A program made the translations under genes and the position numbers. This document shows, one piece after another, positions 37,083-47,587 of a stretch of 57,599 bases of DNA. The notes under the pieces were generated by a model, which saw only the letters and a list, made by a program, of their open reading frames with translations, was not told the origin of the DNA and did not search any database. Numbering within the stretch: the stretch's first letter is position 1; every line of letters begins with the position of its first letter. Source of the DNA: Perkinsus olseni (Eukaryota); the NCBI GenBank assembly GCA_013115125.1, contig JABANN010000029.1:62001-119599 (forward strand), read 5' to 3'.

Positions 37083-38878
37083 CATGACCAAGCCGGTGAT
37101 GCTGGACACTCCTAGGCGCTGTGAGCTATCCAGTGAGTATTCGGTAAGGGTAGATCCTCGCTCAGGTGGGGAGGTATCGATGATGGCCAAGGAGGATTCC
37201 TTGGAGGGGTCGGCATGGACCTTTTTTGCCATATTGCAGGTATATCTGTGAAGTTCGCAGGGATCACGGTCTTGATTGTCAAGGTGCTTCATGCTGGGCG
37301 ACACTTTGAGGAAGGGAAGGAAGAAACCTTCCGGGTGGGGTATTGTGGACAGCGGCAGGCTAAGTCGCTTCAGATAACGGAACTTCCTCTCACGGACTTG
37401 TCCGTATTGGTCGATGTCGATTCGATCCTTCGTGTGTCGCTGTATGCGGCGAAAGACAGAGATACTACTCAGAGACTGATAGCTACAGGTAGTGCTGGGC
37501 CGTACAGACTGAGGTTTCGGCCAACTGGCTGCTCTCAGATGATTATTTGGCCAGTCTGGAAGAGCTTCCTGTGCTGCCCTCTCGCCAAGAGAAAGCCTCA
37601 GAGCTGTTCATGAGCGGTGACTCCGAAGCACCAAGCCCTGCCATGTCCGATCGAAGCAGTAGTTTACCGGTCTCGCAGGCTTCGTGCCGAAACTCCCAGG
37701 CTGCACTCAGGCTTGCACGCTGATGCCTACTTCGCTGGAGAGTGCGTCGTTCCAATCCGAGCTGTGGGGGAGAGGTTTGGCGGCGGAATGATCATGCAGT
37801 GGATCGCGTTAGACCCCAGGGGCTTGAGGACGGATGGCTGTCTGGAGGGTGATGCTCGCAGTGACCTCCATAAGGTGATAGCGAGGGAAGGCTCGGGCGA
37901 CCATCAATTTGGTTGCGAGGTATCAGCGTTATTCCGGGACCTGCTGTCGAAGGCCCAGACTGAACTCTGGAACCCGAAGATATGCATTAGCGTCAGGGAT
38001 GCAGAATTTCCGTTTGAAGATCGATTGCCGGTGAGGGTGTGTATGGGTGATGGGTTGGAATTTTAGTGCTTGGTAGCTTCCTACTCAAGTTGCGGTAATG
38101 AGGTCCCGTCGACCGAAGGCGAGAAATGGGGACGAACAGCACGTTCGAGAGGACACGCTCTTGTGTACCCTTCCCGGAGCGAGACTTTGCGGCATACTAG
38201 CGGTGTAGGCTGCCGCATTCGGAAGGAGATGCCGTGCTTTGCGAAGGCCTCCAATGGCTTGGTTCGGGACGATGAGTACGTGCGGGCTCTGACGAAGAAC
38301 CTAGAGGTAGATGCTGGCGGATCTCAGTGAGCGAAGATACCACTCTCAGGCTACAACGCGGATGCTGTACTCGGTAGTGGAGCAATTGGATGGCTTGAAG
38401 CAGCGTGCTGAGGCACGGAGGGACAGGCCTCGGACTCCACGCCCCCAGCATCACCGACGGCTTAGTCTGCCGCGAAGACACACTGTACAAGGACTCCTCC
38501 GGGGGATGGACCGAGCGGTCTGTGTTAGGCCTCGCGGTCCCTCTCTAACAGCCCTCGCAGGGCTGATATACTCGCATCGCTAAGAGAGTTTAACGCGTTG
38601 AGCGTGGATCGTGTCAACGATGTAGGGCAGAGGCCGCTTCAGGTGGCAGTTGTAGTCGTGGCCCGTTTTTTGGCTAACAGGGGAGGAGCCAGGCAGCTTG
38701 TCTGTGTGTTTCACTGTCCTTCAGCGCTTTGTAAAAAGGCAGCTCAGTGACCTCGCTCAGGCGAAGCCTCCAGGTTTAGAAGACCGAACCTTCCATTCGG
38801 TCATGTAGGATGCATTGCGGTGGGAAATCAGGCCTAGCAGTACCATCGGGAAGGCGGGTCACCATTGGGGTACATGAA
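37083..38878 (+). CDS. Hypothetical multi-exon protein, possibly with a C2-like domain; ends approximate
   Basis: Consecutive plus-strand exons, e.g. LIVKVLHAG, LRVSLY and YFAGECVVPI...QWIAL, reminiscent of C2 strands. Confidence 0.4.
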
Positions 38879-39172
38879 GCTGAGACACAGTTGACTATGA
38901 TGCATTTTGCTAGCATGTGCCAAGTTCTTGAATAGTCTCGAGACGTCGACTTGGCTCCTGTAGAGTTATAAATTGAGGGCGGTGCCAGAATCTCAGGCCA
39001 GAACAGGGTGTGTGTAGGGGTTGCCTTCTCGAGTGCAGACTTCTCTCTGTGCGGCTGCTGGCTCTATAACGGCTTTTGGTGGAGATCTGTCAAGACCACA
39101 CCTTTAGGAACTTCTGCACGTTGCCACTATTCTTTCACAGCTATTACTTCAACTCTCACATTGCCGCTTTGA

Positions 39173-42100
39173 ATGCCCCAGGGCGGCCGATGCCTCCTCG
39201 GCCTGTTGGTCGCAGCTCTAGCGGTCAGGGCGGATTTACCTGTACACTGCGAGATGAACGACATTGCTGGACTGTGGACGTTCAGTCTTTCTGAAGTCAA
39301 CAACGCTTCACTAGGTAATAGGGAAGCCGATGATGGCTCTGTGCGGAGCGTTGGTGTTCTCAGTACCTTCCTTCAAGCGAGATCCCGGGGCTTCGTACTG
39401 CGGGATATCAGCTCCTGGATATTCCAGCAAGTTTATGAGAGCCTTTAACGATTTTGATGATCTTTCTCAATATACCTACTTTCCCGGATCGAGGGTAGGT
39501 TCTTCGAGAGGGGTGCATCCTGCTGTCTGGCCATATTCTTCCTATACTTGACCATGTGGCCCTTCTCGACCTCAGACCTTCAATATAACACTGAGCACGA
39601 GGCTAATTCTTGTGGACGACGGTGAGGCTACACAGCATAATCGACATCAGCTGGCGGCCAACACCAGTGGCTTGGTCGGGTCGTGGGATATGGTGTTTGA
39701 CGAGGGATTCGAGGTAATAGATGGACTTATCAGTTGGAGGAGGATATCGTAATTGAGGAAATTGTATGAGATACTAGTTGTACTTGATGATACTTGGCGA
39801 AGTTTTCACGGGACTTTTGTTTCGGATAGTTAACTTTGTGGATAGGGCCTGTTGCTAAGGGACTCGCTCGTTGGTCAGGCAGAGCGGCTCTGGTTCGATC
39901 TATTCTGCGCAGGTTCGAATCGGGGCAGCGTCACTATTCGCAGTTTCGCGGTATAGATGTACCGAAGAGCAGTCCGCCGAGGAATGCTTCAATAATGAGG
40001 ACGCTCATGAAGAAAGTGACGGTCATGTAAAGGGGTGGGAAAGTGAGCTAAACCTTCGAGGGCAGCCCGTTGGTAATAATTTCGCGGCGCGCGGTAGGTT
40101 TGTGCGGCGAGACCTTCATCGGATGGTACCACGTTGCTTCAGCGGATCCGCAAACGTAACTACCCCCATGGTTATCGGCAAGGATCCGGTTGATTCGTCT
40201 AGGTTCGACTACGGTTGTTGGTATGGTCGTAAGATGGCCCCCCAGTCAGGGTCTGTGCCGCTCCCACCGCCCTCAGCGGTCAGCAGATCTCCTCGCTGGG
40301 GAGGTAGATACGGCAGCAACTCTGGAGATGCCATCTTCCAGAGCATACTCATAGGCCAAGCAGCAAGACTGAAACAAGTAGGACGGACTGGCCCTCGGGG
40401 TTCGACATCAACCCCTTTTTAGGATCGCCTCCGGCTTCGCGGAATACAGCACGCACTGGATCACAGGGAGCCTAGTGACCGGAGCCCTCTGGCATCAGAC
40501 CTGCTCGAGCTTTTTAAGTGGCAGCAGCCAGACTCATTCAGATCCTCTTGCAACATTGATCGAGGTAATACTGCCGATGCCTGTCTAGCCGGATCCATCG
40601 TGTTGATGGGAAGGTATAAGCGAGCTACCGACGAAGACCGGCGATACATTGTATGATCCATTACCGGAGGAGTGGGATTGGAGGAAGAAGTGAGGACCAG
40701 AGCAGAGCGCGTGGTCTGGAGTCCTGCTCAGTGCTGGGCTCACCGCTTGTTAGTCATCACGCCTTCATCGTCACATCCTGTTGACTTGTTTAGCTCAGGT
40801 TGTCTGGGAGCTGGAACGTACCCTTAGTTGATCAGGGTAGCTGTGGCTCTTGCTATGCCATCGCCTCGACTTATGCGTTACAATCGAGAATCAATGTACT
40901 AGATGCTGCTTCCCGTCAGCTCCTGCATCGTCTTCATTTAGATTATGCTCATCGGTCTCGCCTTGAACTCGAGCTCCGAGCCTATCAAACTGAGCACGGA
41001 GTCCATCCTAGCTTGCAGCTGGTGGGTTGGGTCACAGCCATCCATCGCCGCGTTTCGCCGTGGAAGCGTATCCTTGCCTGTCGTATTCTTCGACATCTCA
41101 GCTTGGTTGCAATCCCTGTTAATGAATTTCGTGGCGCGTGAAGTCGTTCTCGATGTGCCTATGAGCAGGTACAATCAGGCCTGTAATGGCGGCCTCGAAG
41201 TCCTCGCTCTGCGTCATGCACAGGAGATGGGCGTGATAGAGGAAAGCAAGCTACCGTAGCTTCCTCTCATGAGCTGACCTCTTGTGTTCCATAAGCCCGG
41301 TTCGCGCAGGTACACGTCTTCTCGAGGGAACGTCCCGCCTTGTCCGAAGGAGGCGTTCGAGGACCCAGACGAAGTTTGGTATGCTAAGGACTACGGATAT
41401 GTGGGTGGTTTCTATGGCCAGTGTAGCGAACTGCAGATAATGAGGAACTTGTAATAAGCTCGGGGCTTTAGCGTGCCTCCCCATGCCTTCACAACTGCGT
41501 AGACGTGCGCCAAGAATGGCATTGATGAACTGGTTGAATTGAGAATCAAAATAAGAAATCGCCAATGAATGGCATGGGCAATAATTGGCAGCTCTTCTTA
41601 GGTACGAGTTTGGTCCTATGACTGTATCTTTGCACGCTAAGGATTCGGAGTACACCATGTCGAGGGCTATAGAGACTGGGCAGAGTTCGATCCACGCAGC
41701 CAATGACTCAGACACTATAGGGGTCACGTAAGCGAAGGAAATGCTTATCCGTTGTGTCCTGCGTAAATGAGCTCTTTCAGGATCGAGACGGACTCGGGTG
41801 ACATTGCTCCCGTATTGAAGGCCTTACGGGAGTCCCGTTGTACAGTAAAGTATGTGTCGGACTTTCGCCCTGAGATTAACCCGGATGGCGGTAAGATGCT
41901 GTGCTAATGAGTATCTCTCGTGAAGGGAGTTGGTGTCTCGTCAGCTTCGGGAGTCTTCTATGTGAGATCCAGAGCTGTCGAGTCGTGGAGTGTATTCGCC
42001 GACGACGTCAAGCAGGCGTTGGATGAGGCCAAGCTGAGTGGATCGATCCTCGATGCGTTCGCTGTCGGGGTACATGGCTGGGAGTAAGCCACTAGTATCC

Positions 42101-42552
42101 TTCCTACAATCGTACCTCTCCCCACACTCCTATGCTTCTTTACCTTGCTTGGCATGTATCTATTCCTCAGATATGTTGATCACAGTGTAGCCCTAGTCGG
42201 CTGGGGATCGGAGCTGGACTATGACACTGGTGACGAGAGGCCCTATTGGCTGATCCGCAACAGCTGGAGCTCGTCTCTCCCGGGTGGCGGGTGCGTCGTC
42301 CTTTGGCTCGTTGTATTGGGGCTGATGGCTTGATCTAGGTATGTGAAGCTGCGTCGCGGCACTGATGCTGCTGGTTTGGAGAGCGGCTCGGTTTGGGTAG
42401 AGCCAGACATGTGCCGTGGGAAGTTCCGAGCGATCTTGGACAGCCATGGTCTTACTGGGCGGATGTGTCAGAGCTCGCCCTACTACCCGATGGGTACAAC
42501 ATTCCTCCAGTATTGGAGAACAACCCTGATGAATGAGACATGGGCTCAATGA
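39173..42552 (+). CDS. Cathepsin C / dipeptidyl aminopeptidase (DPAP), papain family C1
   Basis: Signal peptide then ADLPVHC; exclusion-domain motif WDMVFDEGFE; catalytic motifs DQGSCGSCY, DHSVALVGWG and YWLIRNSW; also YGYVGGFYG. Confidence 0.92.
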
Positions 42553-42819
42553 GTTCCGGTGGAACAACAACTGGCGATGTCGCGTTCAGTCTCTCTAACG
42601 TGCTTTGAATCTCTTTAGTACATGGACTGCGTTGATGTGCACGATCGGTTGAGCGGGCCGATGCACAATCTTTGAGCAAGTTCCTCTGGCCTCATGTGGG
42701 TTTTCCTAGAAGAGCCTTCTAGGAGAACTTCAGAGAAGACATTCTGCGCGCCTATAGCATTCTGTTAGACTGGAGGAGCTTTCCCCGAAGGACGCATGGA
42801 TAGGTTAGCTTGATATGTC

Positions 42820-43823
42820 ATGCCGAGCCTTGGAGCGCGTCAGCGTCTCTCGACTGATGGAGCCGGCACTGAACAGGAGGCCCCACGTCTGTTTGCATTC
42901 TTTAAGCCGAGAGGAATGGAGACCACTTGCTCGGCTGGTAGCGATCTTCGGAAATTCCTCAAGCGTGGACAGCTGCACCCTGTAGGTGAGCCTACGTCTG
43001 GGCAGTAGTGCTAAGTCTACGGGCAATGCAGTCTCCATTGGAATATGTCAGTCTCTTTCCTGCTATGGAGAGAGATGCTGAGCTCGCTATCACCGATGGT
43101 GCATTGGTACGATCTTGGCCCGATTCAGGTCGCTTAGATCGCGACACAACGGGTCTGCTGCTGCTAAGCGGTGATGGGGACTGTACAAATCGCATGCTGC
43201 ATGCTGGTATACCCAAGACGTATGCGGCTCTCGTGAGAGGTGTACTGGGAGATAATTTAATTCAAAAAGTAGAAGCCTGAACGGGTGGATCTGACTAATG
43301 CACTCTGAGCTCAGGTGTTGAGCGAAGGAGTAGAGCTGGCTGATGGACATGTAGACGTGGCTCGACTGGAGGTTATTGATGGCGATGATGTTCCCTTCGG
43401 AATCGTGGCGTATCCTCTATCATCAATACCTACCAATGGATGTAACAACGTCGATGGTTTCATAGCTACTACATACTTGGAGATCCTCAATCCGCAGGTT
43501 CAATGATACGTATAACGACCACTTGTGGGCGGAATAGAGTAGTTCGGCGAACACTCGCTGCCACGGGGCACCCGGTTTTGCTACTACATAGAGAGGGAAT
43601 CGGGTCGATCACGTAGTGAGTTGGGGCGGCGATTGTTGAAGCCAGTTCTCTCTCGGTCAGACTACCGCCAGGAGCTCGTCCTGGGGACCCTCCGGTATCG
43701 ATAAGTGTTGAGTGCATACCCTAATGTTTCATCGTTTTTTAGAGTGGTTAACACTCCTTTCGCGTTCGGAGAGGCAGATATCGTCAGGTGGTCACGCATT
43801 CATCACGCACGGTTTTGCCCTTG
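42820..43823 (+). CDS. RsuA/RluB/E/F-family pseudouridine synthase; ends approximate
   Basis: FFKPRG, LHPVGRLDRDTTGLLLLS (catalytic Asp), PKTYAALVRG and GRNRVVRR...GHPVLLLHREGIG. Confidence 0.85.
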
Positions 43824-43906
43824 ACTGTGGTTGAGACCTGGGCGTGAAGGAGCGTCGAAGAGTGACCATGTATTGTCACTCTGTTGTAGTTTTTGTTACT
43901 CGTGTT

Positions 43907-46886
43907 ATGTCTGTCGATCACACACATTTGGCCCAGCTCCGGAAAGACTTGTCTTCCAAGAGTGCCATCATCCCTGCGCTGAACGAGCTGTCGGAGATGG
44001 CGAATGACACTGCGTCCGTGGAGGATTCAGCCTTCATCGAGGTGTGCCATCGAGCTTTCACTGTTCTCAATACGAGGTTCAGTGCGACTGCATACTGGCA
44101 AGCGGGGCTGGAACTCTTCCTCAACATGCAGTTCACGTGCGGAGAGGCAGGTAGCATCACCAGAGGGCGCGCCAGATTTATCGGGGCTCAAATTCACGGT
44201 ATTCATTTGTTGGTGACGGCGTGAAATCACGGTTGGATGGGTAGCATTTCAGCGAGGTCGTGAAGGCATGGGAAGGACTCGCCTTTGCTTTCAGGCGTTT
44301 CACTGCCGGAGTGCAACGAGTGGGCAACTCGTGCTCTGGAGGAATCTGATGAGGACGCTAAAGCCAGGGCCAAGGAGCGAATGCGGGCTTTAGTCAGGAG
44401 TAAACCTGGAAATCCCAGTAAGCTCGGCTCTGGGCGGGGCTTTCGACGGTGGGCCAAATTTGTCTGGAAGTAGGGCCCCTCTGAACTGCATTTCTAGGCT
44501 GTAATAGTGCGCTGGGGTAAAGCATCGCGTAGTGATGAAATTGCGACGATTCAGTCGAGGGCGAGGCTGACCATGCGTGAGCCGCCATGGCTCATTTCGC
44601 ACCAATTTATAATAATCGACCGTCAATGCCAGTCTGTCATTCGGAATCCTTGTTATCTCGCTGAAGAATGGCTGTAAAGTTTCGCCAATTGTCAATATTC
44701 AACGATCACCGAATTCGTCATGATCCATATCTCGGGCTCCGGGTTCACGAGGGACTCTCGTCGAGATCGCCCAAACCAAGATTCGACTCTGAGGGGACTG
44801 CGTGTTAACCGTGCATTCTCCCCATTATGACCTTCTGGTAGCCATTGGCCACGGTGGCACATGCTACCAAAGAAAGTACCTGGTGAGGAGGGAGAGCCAG
44901 CTGAGATCTTAAGTCTCGGCATTGGTCTAGAAGCGCTCAAGAAGGTTCCGCCTGACGCCAAGAACAACCTCAGGGACAAGATGGCTGAGGGAGGGGGAGG
45001 CTATTATAAGCTGAACAAACTTGGTTTTGAAGAAAACCTGACTACCGCAATGATAGCCTTTTCCATGTCGCTCCACGGTCCTTGGGGAGCTGAGAATAAA
45101 GTACAGGCTTCGGTCTGGGAGAAACTCAGCACTGTCTACCCGTCTAACATGCCTAATTACACTGCTGAAATGGGGCTACAGTCTGGTATATATTTCAATA
45201 ACGCCGACTCGAAGGCCTTGCGATCTTTGATCGTATGTATACTCTCACCAGCGAGCACGATTGGTCAATTGCCGATCTATCGGATCATTATTCGGTATTG
45301 AATTACGATGCACAAGTTGCTGACGTTATTCGTACGTTGTTGTCTGACAAGCTTGGTTTGGCTGGAGGGGTCAACCTGGTTGACCCGACCGTAACGGCTT
45401 TGACAAGGTTAACTAAGCCTGATTAAGGTTGAGATAGACACCGTTAGTCACTGATGAGTCCCTGTGGTGAAGACGAAACATATGCTAACCCTTTACTTAG
45501 CTCTCAAGTCGTTACTCTTCGGTGATCAGGCAGACAAATTTTATATTTGCTGGCCGCAAGTAAGCATTAGGATGGTACTAAGGATGGTACATACCGAAAT
45601 ACTGAGAAACTGAGCGACTTATTCGTGAGGAAGTTAGCCCGTGGTGAGTGGACACTGGCGATTATGTATTGGGTCGCAGCTTAATATTGCTACAGTGGTA
45701 GACAGTATATGATAACCAGCTCCTGCTGTAAGGGCATTGACAGGTTGGATCTATTGGGGAACGGCGAGTATCGAACCCATTCGATACTTCGATGCCTTTG
45801 AAGCGGATCGTTGAAGCTGTGGACCCAGCTGTTGGATTGGACACGTGCCAATCACAAAAGGTTTCACGTCTATATCGGAACTCGAGTTCGGCGACTGTAT
45901 CTCTATTGAGCCGCAACTTCACTTTTCGATGTCGCCGCTTTCCTGGTTCCAAGGCCGCCATGTGACAGGAGGCAGCTCAGTCTGCTTTAGATACCTCACA
46001 GCAGCAGCTGCTCGACTTGCTCGGTATAAATCTAGAAGATTTGCGAGGCGCCGTCGCCGAAGCGGAAGATTATGGGATGGACCAAGGAGCGCCCCCGGCC
46101 AGTCGTGACGGTAGGAGTCTGGCAGAGAATATCTTATGACTGGCTTTGTCATGGAAAGCTCGAGGCTGATAGAGATTATGACATGCGGTGGCTTGATCCC
46201 AATTGAATGTCCCAAGTGGACTCACGTGACTAGGGCAGCCCTAGTTGGGCTCCAATCTGAGGGATGCAGGCTTCCTATTCCTCATGTTTTCAGCACGGAA
46301 TGAGCTGAGGATGGTCACTCTAGAGAATGAAGAGCTATGCGTGATGTGCCAGGAAGAGATGAAGAAGGGTTCTAAAGCTAAGGCGGGTGACACTTCCTCG
46401 GCGGCTAGCAGCTCGGCGGTGGGCGAGCCTGTTCGAATCAGGATGGTCCCGTTAAGATCGCAGCATTGTTGTCGCTTAATCATGTATAGCCTATACGCGT
46501 CTCTATCCGTCCGCTGGACAGTGTTCGTCTAGTCCCAGACTCGGAGGTATTCCGTATCGGCTGGATCATGCTCAGAAAATGCCCGAGTGTGGTCACCTAT
46601 TCCATGATCGATGCATAATGGAGTGGCTCGAGAGGCACAACACCTGCCCAATATGCCGGAACGACGACCTGCAGACTGAGAGAAAGTAAGCTTGCGGGGC
46701 GTCCCATTTACATTGAATATCGTCAAGGACTCACTAGGGCGAGGGGCTCTCTGCAGCTCCGTTGGCTCGCTGCTTGGAATGGTTGCGGTGAGCATAGTAC
46801 GAGTGTGCCTCAGGGCATATGATGATATCGCGGAGAAGGTTCGACACAATCGAGCTGCAGAGAAATCGAGCGGCCTCTATGCATAG
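43907..46886 (+). CDS. AIP2-like RING-H2 E3 ubiquitin ligase
   Basis: N-terminal [30 protein letters not shown] in exon 45991-46110; RING-H2 CVMCQEE...[24 protein letters not shown]; intron 44418-45990 joins in phase. Confidence 0.8.
44861..45426 (+). pseudogene. Orphan ORF pair (44861-45301 and 45235-45426, different frames) nested in the long intron of the RING E3 gene
   Basis: 146-aa ORF overlapping a second protein-like frame; no obvious introns over about 565 bp; no family recognised. Confidence 0.45.
45443..45489 (+). ncRNA. Hammerhead ribozyme-like motif (minimal type I, cleavage site apparently deleted)
   Basis: CTGATGA-GTC-(11 nt)-GAC-GAAA-CATATG, flanked by complementary GTTAG/CTAAC. 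Confidence 0.55.
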
Positions 46887-47587
46887 ATAGAATTTCTGAT
46901 GTTCCTTACACCAACGAGCGATTCTTTTGTTGTCGTCACAAATACCTTTTCACATACTTGTTTTCAAATGTTTGGTCGTGTTGCGGAGATCTTTGGAGTA
47001 CGCTACGGTGATGGTGCATCCCGCGGGCTTTGAGGGTCTCTCGAGCTTTTTTCTGTAGTTCGGATTCAGCATGGTGCCCAGCAGCAAAGCGGGAGCCAAC
47101 AAGGGTCAACAAGGGAGCCAACAAGTCGACGTCGGGAGTCTCGTAACGAGACTCTCGTTTGTTTTCGTCGATCGGCTGTTAGGGGTTACTGTGATTCCGA
47201 GTCCGGCAAGAGCTCCAGGCCGATATAGTGTCCCTTCCAAAAGCCTTTTGGCTAGGCTATATCCCGTGTTTCCGCTCGTAGCGAGCACATTTCATGATGA
47301 GGCTCGGCGCATCCAGTTCACTGTATGCACAGGGTGAACATTACGACGACAGGTCCTTCCTGCCCCCCAGCGTCCGAGGCGTCGAACTCGTTGGCCCTTC
47401 CTTGCATTCGGACTTTCCACATGAAATAGTCATACTCGTCGCCAATCGAACGCTACGCCAGTCGATTGGGGAAGCGACTGGCAACATGGCTGTTCATTCG
47501 GAGTGTCGCGGAGTTACGATAGGTCGTTGTGCCGAGCGCAATAAGTATACGGCCTTCCCTGCCGGTTACAGCTCTTTTGTACGAACC

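Noticed and set aside
46936-47288. Small minus-strand ORFs between the E3 gene and NDC80
   Set aside because: No clear ATG or splice model and no recognisable motif.
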